A stretch of DNA of 64,000 nucleotides. It comes from Macrostomum lignano (taxonomy: Eukaryota). Below, one piece after another: positions 1 through 12,602 of the stretch (position 1 is the stretch's first letter; each line of letters begins with the position of its first letter). Below the pieces are notes generated by a model, which was not told the DNA's origin, did not search any database, and was given only the letters and a program-made list of their open reading frames with translations. The stretch spans positions 1 to 64,000 of the forward strand of contig NIVC01002437.1 of NCBI GenBank assembly GCA_002269645.1. Reading direction: 5' to 3'. The position numbers and the translations under genes are program-made.

Positions 1-1780
1 GCACGATTTTAACAAAGGCTCCCAGCCGATGGGAAAATTCGGCACTCGTTATAACAAATCGGCCGCGTGAGATCTATAAAGGCGGCATGTCGGCCCGCGC
101 TCGACAAAGGTGTTCGTTCAGTCCCTGGCAACCTTGGACTCCTTGGGCGGAGGTCTCTCCAACGCTCGTCTTCGGCCGAGGTCACTCTTGATCCCCCTTC
201 CCCCCCCCCCCTTGGCAGTTTCGGCTTCACCAGTTAAGTCTCGCCTGATCAGCATCGTCAGTACTTCCCGGTCGTGATCTAGGAGCAGCAACAGCAACCG
301 ACAAGTGAAGAGTAATGGCGGCACTCGTCAGTTAAGATCAGCATCAGCATCCCGTCCGAGCGCTTCGGTCTCTGTGGAATCCTTGGCTACCGGCAGATAT
401 AGGTCCTCTGATTGGTTGGGTGAGAGGCTTTCTTGACCTGCTTAACTGGGTGCGCCCTTTGTCTGACCCCTTCCTAGGTAGTCTGATAGGATTTGCACTT
501 TTGTTTACTTGCTTTTGTGTGCCAAACTTGAGGCAGAAGTTTCATTTAATACTAAAAGTAGCCATTTGCTCTGACTCAATCTAAGGCGTTTAGGATTGTA
601 GATTAAGTAAGAAAGTTAAATCTATAAGTTAAAGACTTAGTGTTTTCTTTCTTTTTCGCAATGCCAGCTGAGATGAGTGGCTAGATCTAGGGGCAGAGGT
701 CACAGTGGACCGGAAGCGGCACAGTCCCAGTCAATCAGTCGATCTAAGCAATCATGATAAGCATGCAACCTAAGTGCCAGACTGGCGCTTTGGCGCGGTC
801 ACAGGCAGTCAAGCGCAAGAACCCCCTGCAAAAGTCCTCTCTGTCCTTGCATGGCCAATGCGATCTTAGTCCCAGCAGCGTCCCTTCTATTCGGCTATGA
901 CTTCAAGATAGACAGCTAAAAGACACTAGATGGCAGGTAAGTGCAGTGCCCCTCTAGTCGGAAGTCCGATTTCGATAGCTCCGGTTTGGTGAGCCGGGGC
1001 GCATGGACTGGTGGCAGCGGGTTGGTTAATCTGTGGATTAGCTAAATCTCTACCTTTCAAATTCTCCCTGCTTGTCTCTCGCTGTCTTCTCTTAGCTATA
1101 GGACCTTGCTGCTCGCCCACAATCTTGCTACCACGGGGCTGACCATCTGACAGGAGTGAGAGGCCAGAGCTTTAAGTGATTCATTTCTGAGTTCTGAGGC
1201 CCGAAGCTTACAGGCTAAAAAAGGCCGAACCCATCAATAACTTAATTACTTATACGTAGCACTCCTGTCATTCTCCGAGCTTGGTAATTGGTAAATTGAT
1301 TATTTCAGCTATAGTTTTAAAAGGATCGAGAGCCAATTGTGCCGGGGACCGATTTGGGGGGGGGGGCGGGGCGGCCCCACTGCTAGATGTACCACAAGAA
1401 ACTGAAGTACTTACATGTATTTAGCGACCACGTACATATGTACGTTACAAGCATGTGCAAGAGCTAGCTTTGCATTCGGACATGCCTTAGTTAGATTTTG
1501 GCTTTATTATGCAGGTCTCTGTCAATTTAACTTGAGCGATTTTATATTAAATGTACCACAATTGCATGCATATATATACCTGCGCCAAATGCTGCAAAAT
1601 CTGCAGCATTAGTCATTTGAAACACGCGTAAACACAGAGTGCTATGCAAAAGAAACTACATGTAGCCTACATGCAGAAAGTTTACATAATTTCCGTCAAT
1701 CGTAAATTACTCGTATACTCCGTTTACTTAAAAGAATGGTCCAAAAGTTGCATCAAATATTCAACTTGCGCTGACACCTG

Positions 1781-1787
1781 TATAAAT
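1781..1787 (+). promoter_or_regulatory. Putative TATA box of the fibrinogen-related gene
   Basis: TATAAAT about 80 nt upstream of the ATG at 1863; motif match only. Confidence 0.35.
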
Positions 1788-1862
1788 AACACTAGAAAGA
1801 TATCAGTTTAAAGCCACCTTCAAATTGCACAGACACTATACGCACTAGTCAAAATCGAAATT

Positions 1863-3888
1863 ATGAATATTTTATCTCCAGTATTCGCCCTCGGAATTCT
1901 GCTGTCACTGTCAACTCCAACAGTTCGAGCTGCATCGCTGGTTAACAAAAGTTCAAGCAATGCCAACACGGTCAGCCTGTTTGAGGATACGAATCCCCCC
2001 GCTTCTGTGGCTAAAAGACCCGCCATCGTGAAACCCGTGCTGAAATTTGAGCGAGTCTGCGATCCGCTTGTTGGCTACAGTGGATTGTACAGAAGGCACC
2101 CTCTAGTGCTGCCTTTGGCAATCAGTTTGTCCAGAAGTTCGAACGCTCCTGCAGACTATGTGGCAACCGACATCAAGCTGAGCGTTGATGAAGCTCTGAA
2201 ATCCACCTTGCTTGATGGCAGTGAAAGCTCCACAGTCAAGTTGTTGGTCCAGCTGAAAAGGCGGCAGCCAGATGAGATAGGAGCAGGACAGCTGGTGTTC
2301 CTGTGCAGTGACTTCACCAGATGCCAGCAGTTGAGGGAATCGATCGAAGATGATCCAGAAGAGCTCTGGCGTTCTATCAGATTTTCTATCGAATTGAAAC
2401 CCACTGTAGAGCCGTCATCGAACGTCGAATCAAAAGTTATTCGATTTGACAATCTTCGACCTGTCAATCTGCCAGAGCTGGCCTGCGAGTCCAGATCTGA
2501 CTGGATTGTATTTCAGAGGCGCGTTGACGGCAATCTTTCCTTCGCTAAGAATTGGGACGCCTACGTGAATGGGTTTGGAAATCCTGAATCCAACTACTGG
2601 ATGGGTGAGTTTGCTAGTTGAAAACTCAATCAGAAGGTGCAGGAGGTGCTTCACGACGTTTCACCCTGACACAAGTGTACACCTGGGAATGCATGCAGCA
2701 ATGAAGAAAAAAACAATTAATTTAATTTCTTTAGCTCGATAAATTTTCAATATCCTGCTTTCGAGGCGAATACGTTTGCAATTAGGGGGTGTGGCCTAGT
2801 GGTTAGGGCGTCGGACTCACGACTTAAAGGTCGTGCGTTCGATTCTAGATCCATCTGGAAAAATTTGTGCCCCTGAGCAAGACACTTAACTCTGCATTGC
2901 TTCAGTTCACCCAGCTGTAAAATGGGTGCCAGCATTAGCTGGGGTATTTGAGGCCGTGTGTGGCGACCCCCAGTCCTTGGACTGAACAGCCGTACGTAGC
3001 CTTCAGATGCGCCTCGCAATAGCTGAGGCTGAGCACATCTGGCCATTTAGGGCAGGTGTAATCAATTACTAATTTTATTATTAGTATTATTATTATACGC
3101 GTTTTTGTCTGGGACCTTAGAGTTTGGGTGCTCTCTTTCTTAAGATAGATGTCTAGCGGTCTAAGGTTCGTACAGCTCTAATCCTGTCGTAAGCTGTTCG
3201 TACAGCTCCTTTGTTCACTGTTGGGCACACTCTCGTCATTAATCGTTTGATTAGTTGATCCGATAGTACCGGAAGCTAGATAATTAACGTACCATAAAAT
3301 ATTAACTTTATATATGTTAACGTTTTATAGTAGGGGAGAGGGAGAGTGAGTGAGAAAACAAAAGTAAGGACTAATAGTAACGAGCAACGTAACAACGCTT
3401 TATTGAATTCCCTGACTGAAAAACCTCGATCCTCAGGTCTTGAACGACTGTTTCAATTGACTGCCACGGGCAAGAAGAGCAGCTACCATGACACCTCCAG
3501 GTGTCGGCTGCGCATTGACCTGCGCGATTTCAATGGCAACAGCTACCGGAGCGAGTACGGCCTGTTCCAGGTGCTGGATTCCGGTCAGAACTACCGCTTA
3601 AGAGTTGGACAGAAGGTGCCAAATTCTCAGATTGATGGGTTCGCTTCGGTGCACAGCGAATCTCAGTTCAGCACCTACGAGAGGAGCAATGACAGACTGC
3701 CTGGGGACTCCTGCTCTCAGCTATACGGCTTCGGCGGCTGGTGGTACAATGCCTGCCACCACGTCAACCTCAACGGCGCCTACCTGACTAACAGAAACAT
3801 CACGGACAGTCCGATCTACGCGTCCTTTCGTCGGGCTGGAAAATTTGTGCCAGTCATGTTTACCGAGATGAAGCTAAAATGCGGCTGA
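1863..3888 (+). CDS. Secreted fibrinogen-related domain (FReD) protein, 397 aa; join(1863..2604,3437..3888)
   Basis: Hydrophobic signal peptide MNILSPVFALGILLSLS. FReD motifs WIVFQRRVDG, FAKNWDAYVNGFG, NYWMG|LERLFQLT, LRIDLRDF, FSTYERSND, GGWWYNACHHVNLNG. Phase-1 intron (G|gtgagt at 2605, cctcag|GT at 3436) rejoins the canonical YWxGL motif; 1194 nt total. Confidence 0.93.
2785..3044 (+). mobile_element. tRNA-derived SINE with CORE (MIR-like) domain, copy 1 (intronic)
   Basis: A box TGGCCTAGTGG and B box GTTCGATTC, then TGTGCCCCTGAGCAAGACACTTAACTCTGCATTGCTTCAGTTCACCCAGCTGTAAAATGGG, which aligns to the MIR/CORE consensus as I recall it. A second copy lies at 11526..11797. Confidence 0.85.
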
Positions 3889-4109
3889 GATGATAACCCG
3901 CGTATTGACGTTGTGAAACATTTTTAAAACAATTACAAAAACCAATTTATCGATGATTAACTAAAAAAGACTTTTCAGTTTTTGGAGTGGTCAATATCAA
4001 AATATAAATACAAAATGGCACTTAAAGGATTTTTATTTATACAGGAGTTTGGCAACTCTCACTCAGCTATTAAAAGCTTGTATGCAAGCCTTTGCTTCCT
4101 CGTGCAGAT

Positions 4110-4527
4110 CTGCCACTCCGCTCACTCAGTCATTGAGAATCTGGCTCTCCGCTCACTCAGTCATTGAGTATCTGCCTCTCCGCTCACTCAGTCATTGAGA
4201 ATCTGCCTCTCCGCTCACTCAGTCATTGAGAATCTGCCTCTCCGCTCACTCAGTCATTGAGAATCTGCCCCTCCGCTCAACTCAGTCATTGAGAATCTGC
4301 CTCTCCGCTCAACTCAGTCATTGAGAATCTGTCTCTTGCTCACTCAGTCATTGAGAATCTGCCTCTCCGCTCACTCAGTCATTGAGAATCTGCCTCTCCG
4401 CTCACTCAGTCATTGAGAATCTGCCTCTCCGCTCACTCAGTCATTGAGAATCTGCCCCTCCGCTCAACTCAGTCATTGAGAATCTGCCTCTCCGCTCACT
4501 CAGTCATTGAGAATCTGCCTCTCCGCT
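4110..4527. repeat. 31-bp minisatellite (CTCTCCGCTCACTCAGTCATTGAGAATCTGC), ~13 copies
   Basis: Direct inspection; period confirmed by TCATTGAG at 4161 and 4192. Confidence 0.95.
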
Positions 4528-5150
4528 TTCTCAATCATGCATCCATTCATTCACCGAGCTAAATAATAACTATCACCGTGGGATGTGTGTCTTGTGCAGC
4601 TCTTAGTCTACAAAAACAATTATACCACTAAAAACTACTAAAAGACTACTAAAAACTTTCTTATGCCAAGCTGTGCTAGTTTTCCACCTCTTGTATTGAG
4701 TAGCAGAATCACTAAAATTTATTTAATGTACTTTTATTTGTTGCGATTCTAATTGCTTTAATCATAGCATCGAAGTCAATTTTGGCCATAGACAAAGACT
4801 TAGTGCTAGCTTATTGAAATTCAAACCTTCATCTACGCATACGCGGGATGATCCTATTAGTTTAGCCCATAGACCAAACTGCTCTACCGTCGCAAGTTGG
4901 ACAGCCGAGTAACAGCCAATGAGTCCCTACCCTTAGTTTCATAGCTTAATTTCTCTATCTAGATGTCATACGCTCGTATTTTGTTTCTTATAGAACGAGT
5001 GTCAACTCTTAGCTTAATTTATTATTGAATTTGGAAATGCTGTTCTGGTAATCAGACATCCGGCAAGGCGAATATAAACTGAATCAACAGCCAAGATCGT
5101 AAACGGCTGCTAACTGAAGGAATTAAGCTCAACAAACACGCAATTCAGAA

Positions 5151-7220
5151 ATGATAGACCTTGCAGTTATCGTTTTAATTCTCTGCTTCGCCATGGGTCT
5201 ACTTAGTTCATTCCTGTTCACGGTGGCTCTGTACCTTTATCAGATGTCTCGCCCACCTGCCGAGACAGCAGAGACGGCGGCAACGGTTTCACAGAAGCAG
5301 CACTGCGCTCCGGTTTCGGCCACTTCAAACGTGAAAAAAGCGAAATCAAAAGCTTTGAAGAAAACCGACATCGAAGCCGCTGCTGGCGATGGAGACGCGA
5401 TGAACGATAAACGAACGGATGAAGATGGCAGCACGACCACCACCAGCTACACCAGTTGCGAAAGATGCAGCCAAGGTCTCGTGCCTCAGCGACAGGAACA
5501 GCAGCAGGAGAAACGCAGACAGCAGCAGCAGTTCCTCAGCAGCTGGACGGAGGACACCCCAGCTGGCGGCAGCGCTGGGATTTACACCTGCGAACTGTGC
5601 GGTTCCTGCTGCGCTGGAGATAGTCGAAAGGTGAAAATTGATTTATTGATATACAGATTTTTTTGTCTGAATCAAGTTCGAACAAAATTCTGAAATTTTC
5701 GCAAAATTTTATGCATGTTATTCTGTACGGTATCTCACCTTTCATCTCAGACCTATCGACCCATGGACGCTGGAAGCATTGACGCCGAGTTGTGCATCGA
5801 CAGGTCCTCGGTTCGATTCCGGCGTTGTCGTACCGGAGTCGGAGCCTATTTCTTCAATCAGAACGGCAAAGACCAACAAGCAGCCTGCGGGAATCCCGTG
5901 TCCGCAGTGTCGGCTACATTGTCACTGCCGGCCGAGACAGGTTGCATGTACCACCTTCGTTTCTGCACCACCAATGGAGAATTGCATTCAGCCAAAATCA
6001 ATAAATGCTGCGACTGCCGATCGATACTGTGCTTCGAATTGATTAAAATATTGAAGCAATGCCCAGACGGTGCTAACAACGGCGAGACAATTCTGTTTGT
6101 CAATCGGTTGCGACAGAAGCGCAAAGAGTTCAAACGGTCTTTTGGACAAGTTTCTATCCAAGAAATCGACTCCTGGTTGGTGGCGATTTTAACAGACTCC
6201 GTTTCTAATGAAGCCACCATCGCCTATAGCGGCATGACGAGAAAGTTTGTACAGATTGCCAGACAGCCAGACAGTCAGTTGGTTCTGCAGTTGTGCCTGC
6301 AAGCCCAGCAGACCCAGTGCCTGGAGCCCTACTCCAATATTGTGCAGGACTGCGATGGTAAGACACTCTGTCCTTTACTGCCAGCTTGCAAAAAAAATTT
6401 GGAAACCGTCTACTATGTAGTACAATGTAAAGTTAAGTGTGAAGCAAAGTGTGAAACACGAAGAAAAGCACAGTGTGAAACACGAAGAAAAGCACAGTGT
6501 GAAACACGAAGAAAAGCACAGTGTGAAACATGAAGAAAAGCACAGTGTGAAACACGAAGAAAAGCACAGTGTGAAACACGAAGAAAAGCACAGTGTGAAA
6601 CACGAAGAAAAGTACAGTGTGAAACACGAAGAAAAGCACAATGTGAAACACGAAGAAAAGCACAGTGTGAAACACGAAGAAAAGCACAATGTGAAACACG
6701 AAGAAAAGCACAGTGTGAAACACGAAGAAAAGCACAGTGTGAAACACGAAGAAAAGCACAGTGTGAAACACGAAGAAAAGCACAGTGTGAAACACGAAGA
6801 AAAGCACAGTGTGAAACACGAAGAAAAGCACAATGTGAAACACGAAGAAAAGTACAGTGTGAAACACGAAGAAAAGCACAGTGTGAAACACGAAGAAAAG
6901 CACAATGTGAAACACGAAGAAAAGCACAGTGTGAAACACGAAGAAAAGCACAGTGTGAAACACGAAGAAAAGCACAGTAAAAAGCGCAGGTGTAAAGCTC
7001 TGCACGAATTAACACGTGAAGCAACAGTGTAAAAGCCTGCGGGTCTTATCAGACTTTAATCCCATAAGCTGGTCGCCCGTTTTTAATTTCGCTCAATGCA
7101 GATCAATCGGCGCAAGGCGATCTGGGCGTTCGGTCGCCAATTTCAGCCGAGCAGCTGCTCAAAAAGCAGCAACAGCAGCGGCAGCAGCAGCGCCACATTC
7201 GAAGAAAGCGACACCGAATG

Positions 7221-7251
<31 letters not shown>

Positions 7252-7956
7252 TGGCAGCCGCGGCAGGCAGTGACAAAAACAATTGCGAACATGAAGTCGC
7301 TTGGGACGACGGCGCCAGCGAGTGCAGCAATGTAAGCCACCTACACAACCTACCTACTAATGGCAGCTACTAAAAGAGTATTAAGAAAATAATGCAAAGC
7401 GAATACTTCATACAGTGTGCATAAATAAATAAAATTAGATCTTCTAATAATCAGATAACAAAGAAAAAGAGCTTCATGCAGAGCCTATCAGTACAATTCA
7501 GCGACTTTACTTTATACAGCATGCTTTAACTCAATAATGCGACAGTCCACTCGTGGTCCAGAGTGTCCACTAGAAAGCATGTACGTAGTCCGCCTTAAGG
7601 TTGGCACTTCGTTTGCATTCGACTAGCCACATGATTCTTTCACTTCCAATTGACTTTCTTAACAACTATATTTCACCTCGAACCCAAACTGCCCTGGCAG
7701 AGCCTTCAAGCCGACACCAAATCAAGTTTAACTGGCGGCGGTCAATCCCCGCTGTCTATGGGCTCAATGCGACGCGCCGTCCGCTGGCCCATCACCCAGA
7801 TGGAGAGCCTGATGGAGACTTCGTCGTCGTCCGCGTCGTCGCCTCGAGCAGATTCGACTGGTCCGAATTTGCCAGCTGGTGACGCGCCAGGAGACGTGGC
7901 AATTCGTCTGGAAGAAGACGCAGAGCAGCAAGGCGTGGCTCCAGATGAGAATTCAG
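5151..7956 (+). CDS. Unrecognised multi-exon protein with N-terminal TM/signal anchor, Cys-rich middle and poly-Q; join(5151..5630,5751..6357,7102..7331,7701..7956...), 3' end uncertain
   Basis: Hydrophobic N-terminus LAVIVLILCFAMGLLSSFLFTVALYLY. GT-AG junctions with matching phases (0,1,0) link ORFs 5151, 5715, a poly-Q frame at 7102 and ORF 7650. It either reads to the stop at 8006 or splices again at 7957. No family recognised. Confidence 0.65.
6440..6977. repeat. 24-bp minisatellite (GTGTGAAACACGAAGAAAAGCACA), ~22 copies, intronic
   Basis: Direct inspection; explains the repetitive ORFs at 6375-7032. Confidence 0.95.
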
Positions 7957-8114
7957 GTGAATATGGGTTCCTTTCGTTGGGATTGAGTTGGATTAAACTG
8001 TCTTGATGACTCTCGATTGGGATTGGTGCAGGTTCTTTGAGTTCAGCGATTTCTATTACTCGCCTTTTATTTACTTTGAGTTGGTCTCTGCAAAGCTTGA
8101 GACAAGCGCGATTC

Positions 8115-8520
8115 TTTCTCTGGGTTGCTCCCAGGGCGATTCTCTCTGGGTCCGATGGCGATTCTCTGGGCTGGGTTGATCCGATGGCGATTCTCTCTGG
8201 GTGGGGTTAGTCCGATGGCGATTCTCTCTGGGCTGGATTGATCCGATGGCGATTCTCTCTGGGTCCGATGGCGATTCTCTCTGGGCTGGGTTGATCCGAT
8301 GGCGATTCTCTCTGGGTCCGATGGCGATTCTCTCTGGGCTGGGTTGATCCGATGGCGATTCTCTCTGGGTGGGGTTGACCCTCAGGGCGATTCTCTCTGG
8401 GTGGGGTTGACCCTCAGGGCGATTCTCTCTGGGTGGGGTTGAGCCTCAGGGCGATTCTCTCTGGGCTGGGTTGATCCAAGGGCGATTCTATCTGGGTGGG
8501 GTTGGTCCGATGGCGACTCT
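8115..8520. repeat. Modular 22/31-bp minisatellite (CCGATGGCGATTCTCTCTGGG core)
   Basis: About 13 recurrences of GGCGATTCTCTCTGGG with variable linkers. Confidence 0.9.
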
Positions 8521-9224
8521 ATTTTAATTACTCTATAAGTTTGCTATAATTCTCTTTAGCATGATGCTGCGCAGTGAATCGTTAAAAATGCAGTGGTATG
8601 GGTTTTGTACCCAACTGTTAACTGCAGTACGTTCGCCATCGGATTTCACTTGCAGCGCTGCCCGCTGACGCACCAGCTCTTCAATTACCTCAATAGCCCA
8701 CGTTCGAACGACTGAACCAATTGCGAACACGAACGGACACGAAATCTGATAAATTCTCTGTGACCTGGCAAATATTGGTAATCTTTCTACTCTGGAAACC
8801 GAGTGCAATTTATTTTCTAGTTAATGTACACGTGACAATTAGGCTTTCAAGGGTGTTGTATTAAGGCCTTTAAGACTAGGACAGGATCTAAAAAGAAGTG
8901 TAGTAATAAATTTTTATCTAGCCATGGACGTACGTGTGCTTCAAGATGTCTTCTGTACTAAAAATATTTCTGACTTCCCTAATTACCTTTAATTGGCGAA
9001 ATAGTGTGATTTTTATGGAACAAAATTTGTAATTTAATTTTTTCACCTTGTTTATGAAATGAGCAATGCCAGATTTTTTTCTGACTCCGGTTAAGCATTG
9101 CCAAGGTACGAGTAGAATGTGTCGCTAGTTTCCTAAAAAAGATCTTAGGGAGCATCATTTGATCGCTTATAATTGGGTTATAATATAAATTACTAGCGAG
9201 TAAAGAGGTAGAGAGATGGTGTAC

Positions 9225-9727
9225 ATTGCTAGCCAGGAAAGGGGGGAGAGGTGGTACATTGCTAGCCAGGAAAGGGGTAGAGAAGTGGTGTAGTGTACAT
9301 TGCTAGCCAGGAAAGGGGTAGAGAAGTGGTGTAGTGTACATTGCTAGCCAGGAAAGGGGTAGAGAAGTGGTGTACATTGCTAGCCAGGAAAGGGATAGAG
9401 AAGTGGTGTACATTGCTAGCCAGGAAAGGGATAGAGAAGTGGTGTACATTGCTAGGCCAGGAAAGGGGCAGAGAAGTGGTGTACATTGCTAGCCAGGAAA
9501 GGGATAGAGAAGTGGTGTACATTGCTAGCCAGGAAAGGGATAGAGAAGTGGTGTACATTGCTAGCCAGGAAAGGGATAGAGAAGTGGTGTACATTGCTAG
9601 CCAGGAAAGGGATAGAGAAGTGGTGTACATTGCTAGCCAGTAAAGGGATAGAGAAGTGGTGTACATTGCTAGCCAGGAAAGGGGCAGAGAAGTTGTGTAC
9701 ATTGCTAGCCAGGAAAAGAGGTGAGAG
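9225..9727. repeat. 36-bp minisatellite (AGAAGTGGTGTACATTGCTAGCCAGGAAAGGGATAG), ~13 copies
   Basis: Direct inspection; 12-aa periodic ORFs on both strands. Confidence 0.95.
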
Positions 9728-10869
9728 GTGGTTTACATTCACAGAGATTGGCCATTCATGATTTTGAATAGTTAGAAAATCAAGATCAGACAAACATATC
9801 CAAATTTTTTAGATAGATTCGACCTAAAGCATAGGTGGCATTAAAACTATTGATTTAAAACTGTAATATTATTTTACGGTCGTTTATTAATCTCCATGGA
9901 TGCTGGTGACTATACATGTACATGCAATAGAAGGAAGGGGCTTAGGAAATTTCGCTAACACAGTCATCAATCATACAATGGATGAATTGTATTGCTATCA
10001 CATTAATCCAACGAATAATTACATGTAATATGAACTATTCTATAGTGTGAGCGTTAGAAGACCAGATATTGTCTAAAAACGGCATAAAATGGTCGCAAAT
10101 CTTTTTTTTTAATTTTTCGACCTTCTTTTTAAGAACAAACCAGCTAGCCAAGCTATTTTCGCTGGTGAATAAGTTATTTTTTCCACTTACGTGTACAGTA
10201 TTTTGTTATATTCTGTATACCAACAACAAGCAACTAGACAACAGATAGCTAAATAACAAACAAGATAAGATAACTGCAATTATCAGAAAGCTACACGTAT
10301 ACCTAAACTATCTAAATGTTATTAATGCTATAAAAGTACATTTTATTTTCACTACTGCAATCATCTATTTGGGCACTATACATGTATAACGATGTAACGT
10401 ACCTGCCCGTGTACTGAAGGCATTCGTAAAACAGTAGATAATAAAAGCAGTGACATCTCTTGGTGCGCATTTATAACTACTATCACACAGCAACTATTTT
10501 TCGTTCCAATCCCTGCTAGAAAAGGATGAAAATTTATTTTGCTTTTTACGTTTCTCTTAATCTTTGGAATCGGATTTGCATTGGCACAATTAAAGCTACA
10601 TATAGATCAGTAGGCAGATATAAGCGTAACGTCTACAATTACCATTGGTTACTATTAATATTGACTCTAGTTTACATTTTCCCATAGGCGTAGGAACGTG
10701 GGACAGTGGGGCCAATTTAAAAAGTGGGGGGGGGGGCAGCAATGGTATCCAGCCCCTCCACATTTTAAGTACAAAATGTAGACTTTTTGCTTATTTTTTA
10801 CTCTTATTTTTTGCTGCTTTGCATGAATGCATTTTGCTGCAGGGCGACAAAAAAAGCGCCTGAAGCGCT

Positions 10870-11177
10870 AATGCGTGCCTGCGGCGCTCAAATGAGTGCC
10901 TGCGGCGCCAAAATGAGTGCCTGCGGCGCTAAAATGCGTGCCTGCGGCGCTCAAATGAGTGCCTGCGGCGCTAAAATGAGTGCCTGCGGCGCTAAAATGA
11001 GTGCCTGCGGCGCCAAAATAAGTGCCTGCGGCGCCAAAATGAGTGCCTGCGGCGCCAAAATGAGTGCCTGCGGCGCTAAAATGAGTGCCTGCGGCGCTAA
11101 AATGAGTGCCTGCGGCGCCAAAATGAGTGCCTGCGGCGCCAAAATGAGTGCCTGCGGCGTCAAAATGAGTGCCTGCA
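10870..11177. repeat. 21-bp minisatellite (GCCTGCGGCGCYAAAATGAGT), ~14 copies, possibly internal to a non-autonomous DNA element beginning near 10683
   Basis: Array seen directly. Upstream CATAGGCGTAGGAAC...poly-G segment resembles MITE ends, but no matching right terminus was found. Confidence 0.85.
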
Positions 11178-11525
11178 ATCCAATGCCAGTACTTGATAGA
11201 TGTAAGCAGTCTGCATGGTGGACTGCTGATGACAGAAGAGCGAGAATATAATGTCCGTCAGTCAAGCTAATAAATAAATACGACATTATATATAAGGGTA
11301 GATTTTCGTAGATTTTCGATTTGGCTTGCTTGCACCCTGAAGCGAGAGCGCCAGCGAAAGAAGAAATAAAAAAGCCGATGAAACACCCAGTTCGCGCCTG
11401 TTCTCGCCGTTAGGGTGGCTGCAGCGTCAGCAGCAGCACCTCTTGCTCTGAATGTGAGCAGTACGACTCGGCGCGGATGATGCGGCCCATGTCATCAGGC
11501 CAGTGGCGCGTCGGTGACTCCAGTT

Positions 11526-11797
11526 GGACCAGATGTGCAACCGACAGCTCAGCCGCAGCTATTGCGCGGCGCATCTGAAGGCTGCGTACGGCTGTTCAGT
11601 CCAAGGACTGAAGTGTCGCCACACACACCCTCAATTACCCCAGCTAATGCTGGCGCCCATTTTACAGCTGGGGTGAACTGAAGCAATGCAGAGTTAAGTG
11701 TCTTGCTCAGGGGCACAAATTGTTCCAGTGGGATCGGGATCGAACCCCCGACCTTCAAGTCGTGAGTCTGACGCTCTAACCACTGGGCTACAACCCA
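11526..11797 (-). mobile_element. tRNA-derived CORE-type SINE, copy 2
   Basis: Reverse complement reads TAGCCCAGTGGTTAGAGCGTCAGACTCACGACTTGAAGGTCGGGGGTTCGATC, followed by the same CORE and 3' segment as copy 1, with a 10-nt insertion near the 3' end. Confidence 0.88.
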
Positions 11798-12602
11798 CTC
11801 GGCTACATGTGGAACAAGGCTTACTGTTCTAGCGAGTCCGTTAAATTTTTTTTTAAAACAAACTGAAAGCTATAGCATTAGTAAAAGCATTTCCCGGCAG
11901 GCTAAACCTTTACGTTCGATTTGGGCTAGGCTCAACTACCCAGCAGGGAGGTGCGTGACGGACTCATACATAGGATGCTTATTATAATTGTGAACACAGT
12001 TGTGATTCACGCTCCTAATTTGAATGGATTGTGACGAATATCTGGTCCGATAGTTCGAGTGCTGACGGGCTGCTATTCAAGTAGTGATTGAACACACAGT
12101 AGTGGAGACCGATAACTGACGGTGCCGATTATTCGATTACGGATTATGTATATTTGTAGGTTACGGACACGAACGGTACATGTAGTGGTAAATAGCTTAT
12201 GCTAAACAGGTACTTGGTAACGAACAGCTGCAGTGTCGATGGAACGGCTGCGAAGATGACCTTAGTGGGAAGCACTACTTAATCGAGAGCAATTTTGCAC
12301 TACTGTTTATCAATGTTTACGGTCTACGGAAATTAAATTGCTGGCGATAGGAACAGCAGCCGACTCCTCGACCAGTCTTCTCCGAAGCCACAGAATTCAA
12401 AATGTTAAATATAACTATTTAACTTCAGTAAAACAAAACATTGTTTACTATTGTCAATAAACATAAAAAGGAAACCAATCGATGTAAATAAAATACATAT
12501 TAAATATTTTAGCAGATATTAATCGACGAATTGGGAGAGTAAAAGAACCGCCAACGTCACATGATAGAGCATATTTCAGTCTATAAAACTCGCGTGTACT
12601 AC

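Noticed and set aside
1-1340. Possible degenerate retroelement 5' region on the minus strand
   Set aside because: Only short ORFs; no gag zinc knuckle, RT or endonuclease motif could be recognised in any frame.
11725-11797. tRNA gene (apparent CAC anticodon), here and at 2785-2855
   Set aside because: Acceptor and T stems pair poorly and the head runs directly into a SINE CORE domain.
12030-12392. Possible solo LTR (TGTGAC...GCCACA)
   Set aside because: Flanks (TGGAT / GAATT) are not a clean TSD and no internal polyA or TATA signal was found; needs a multi-copy search.
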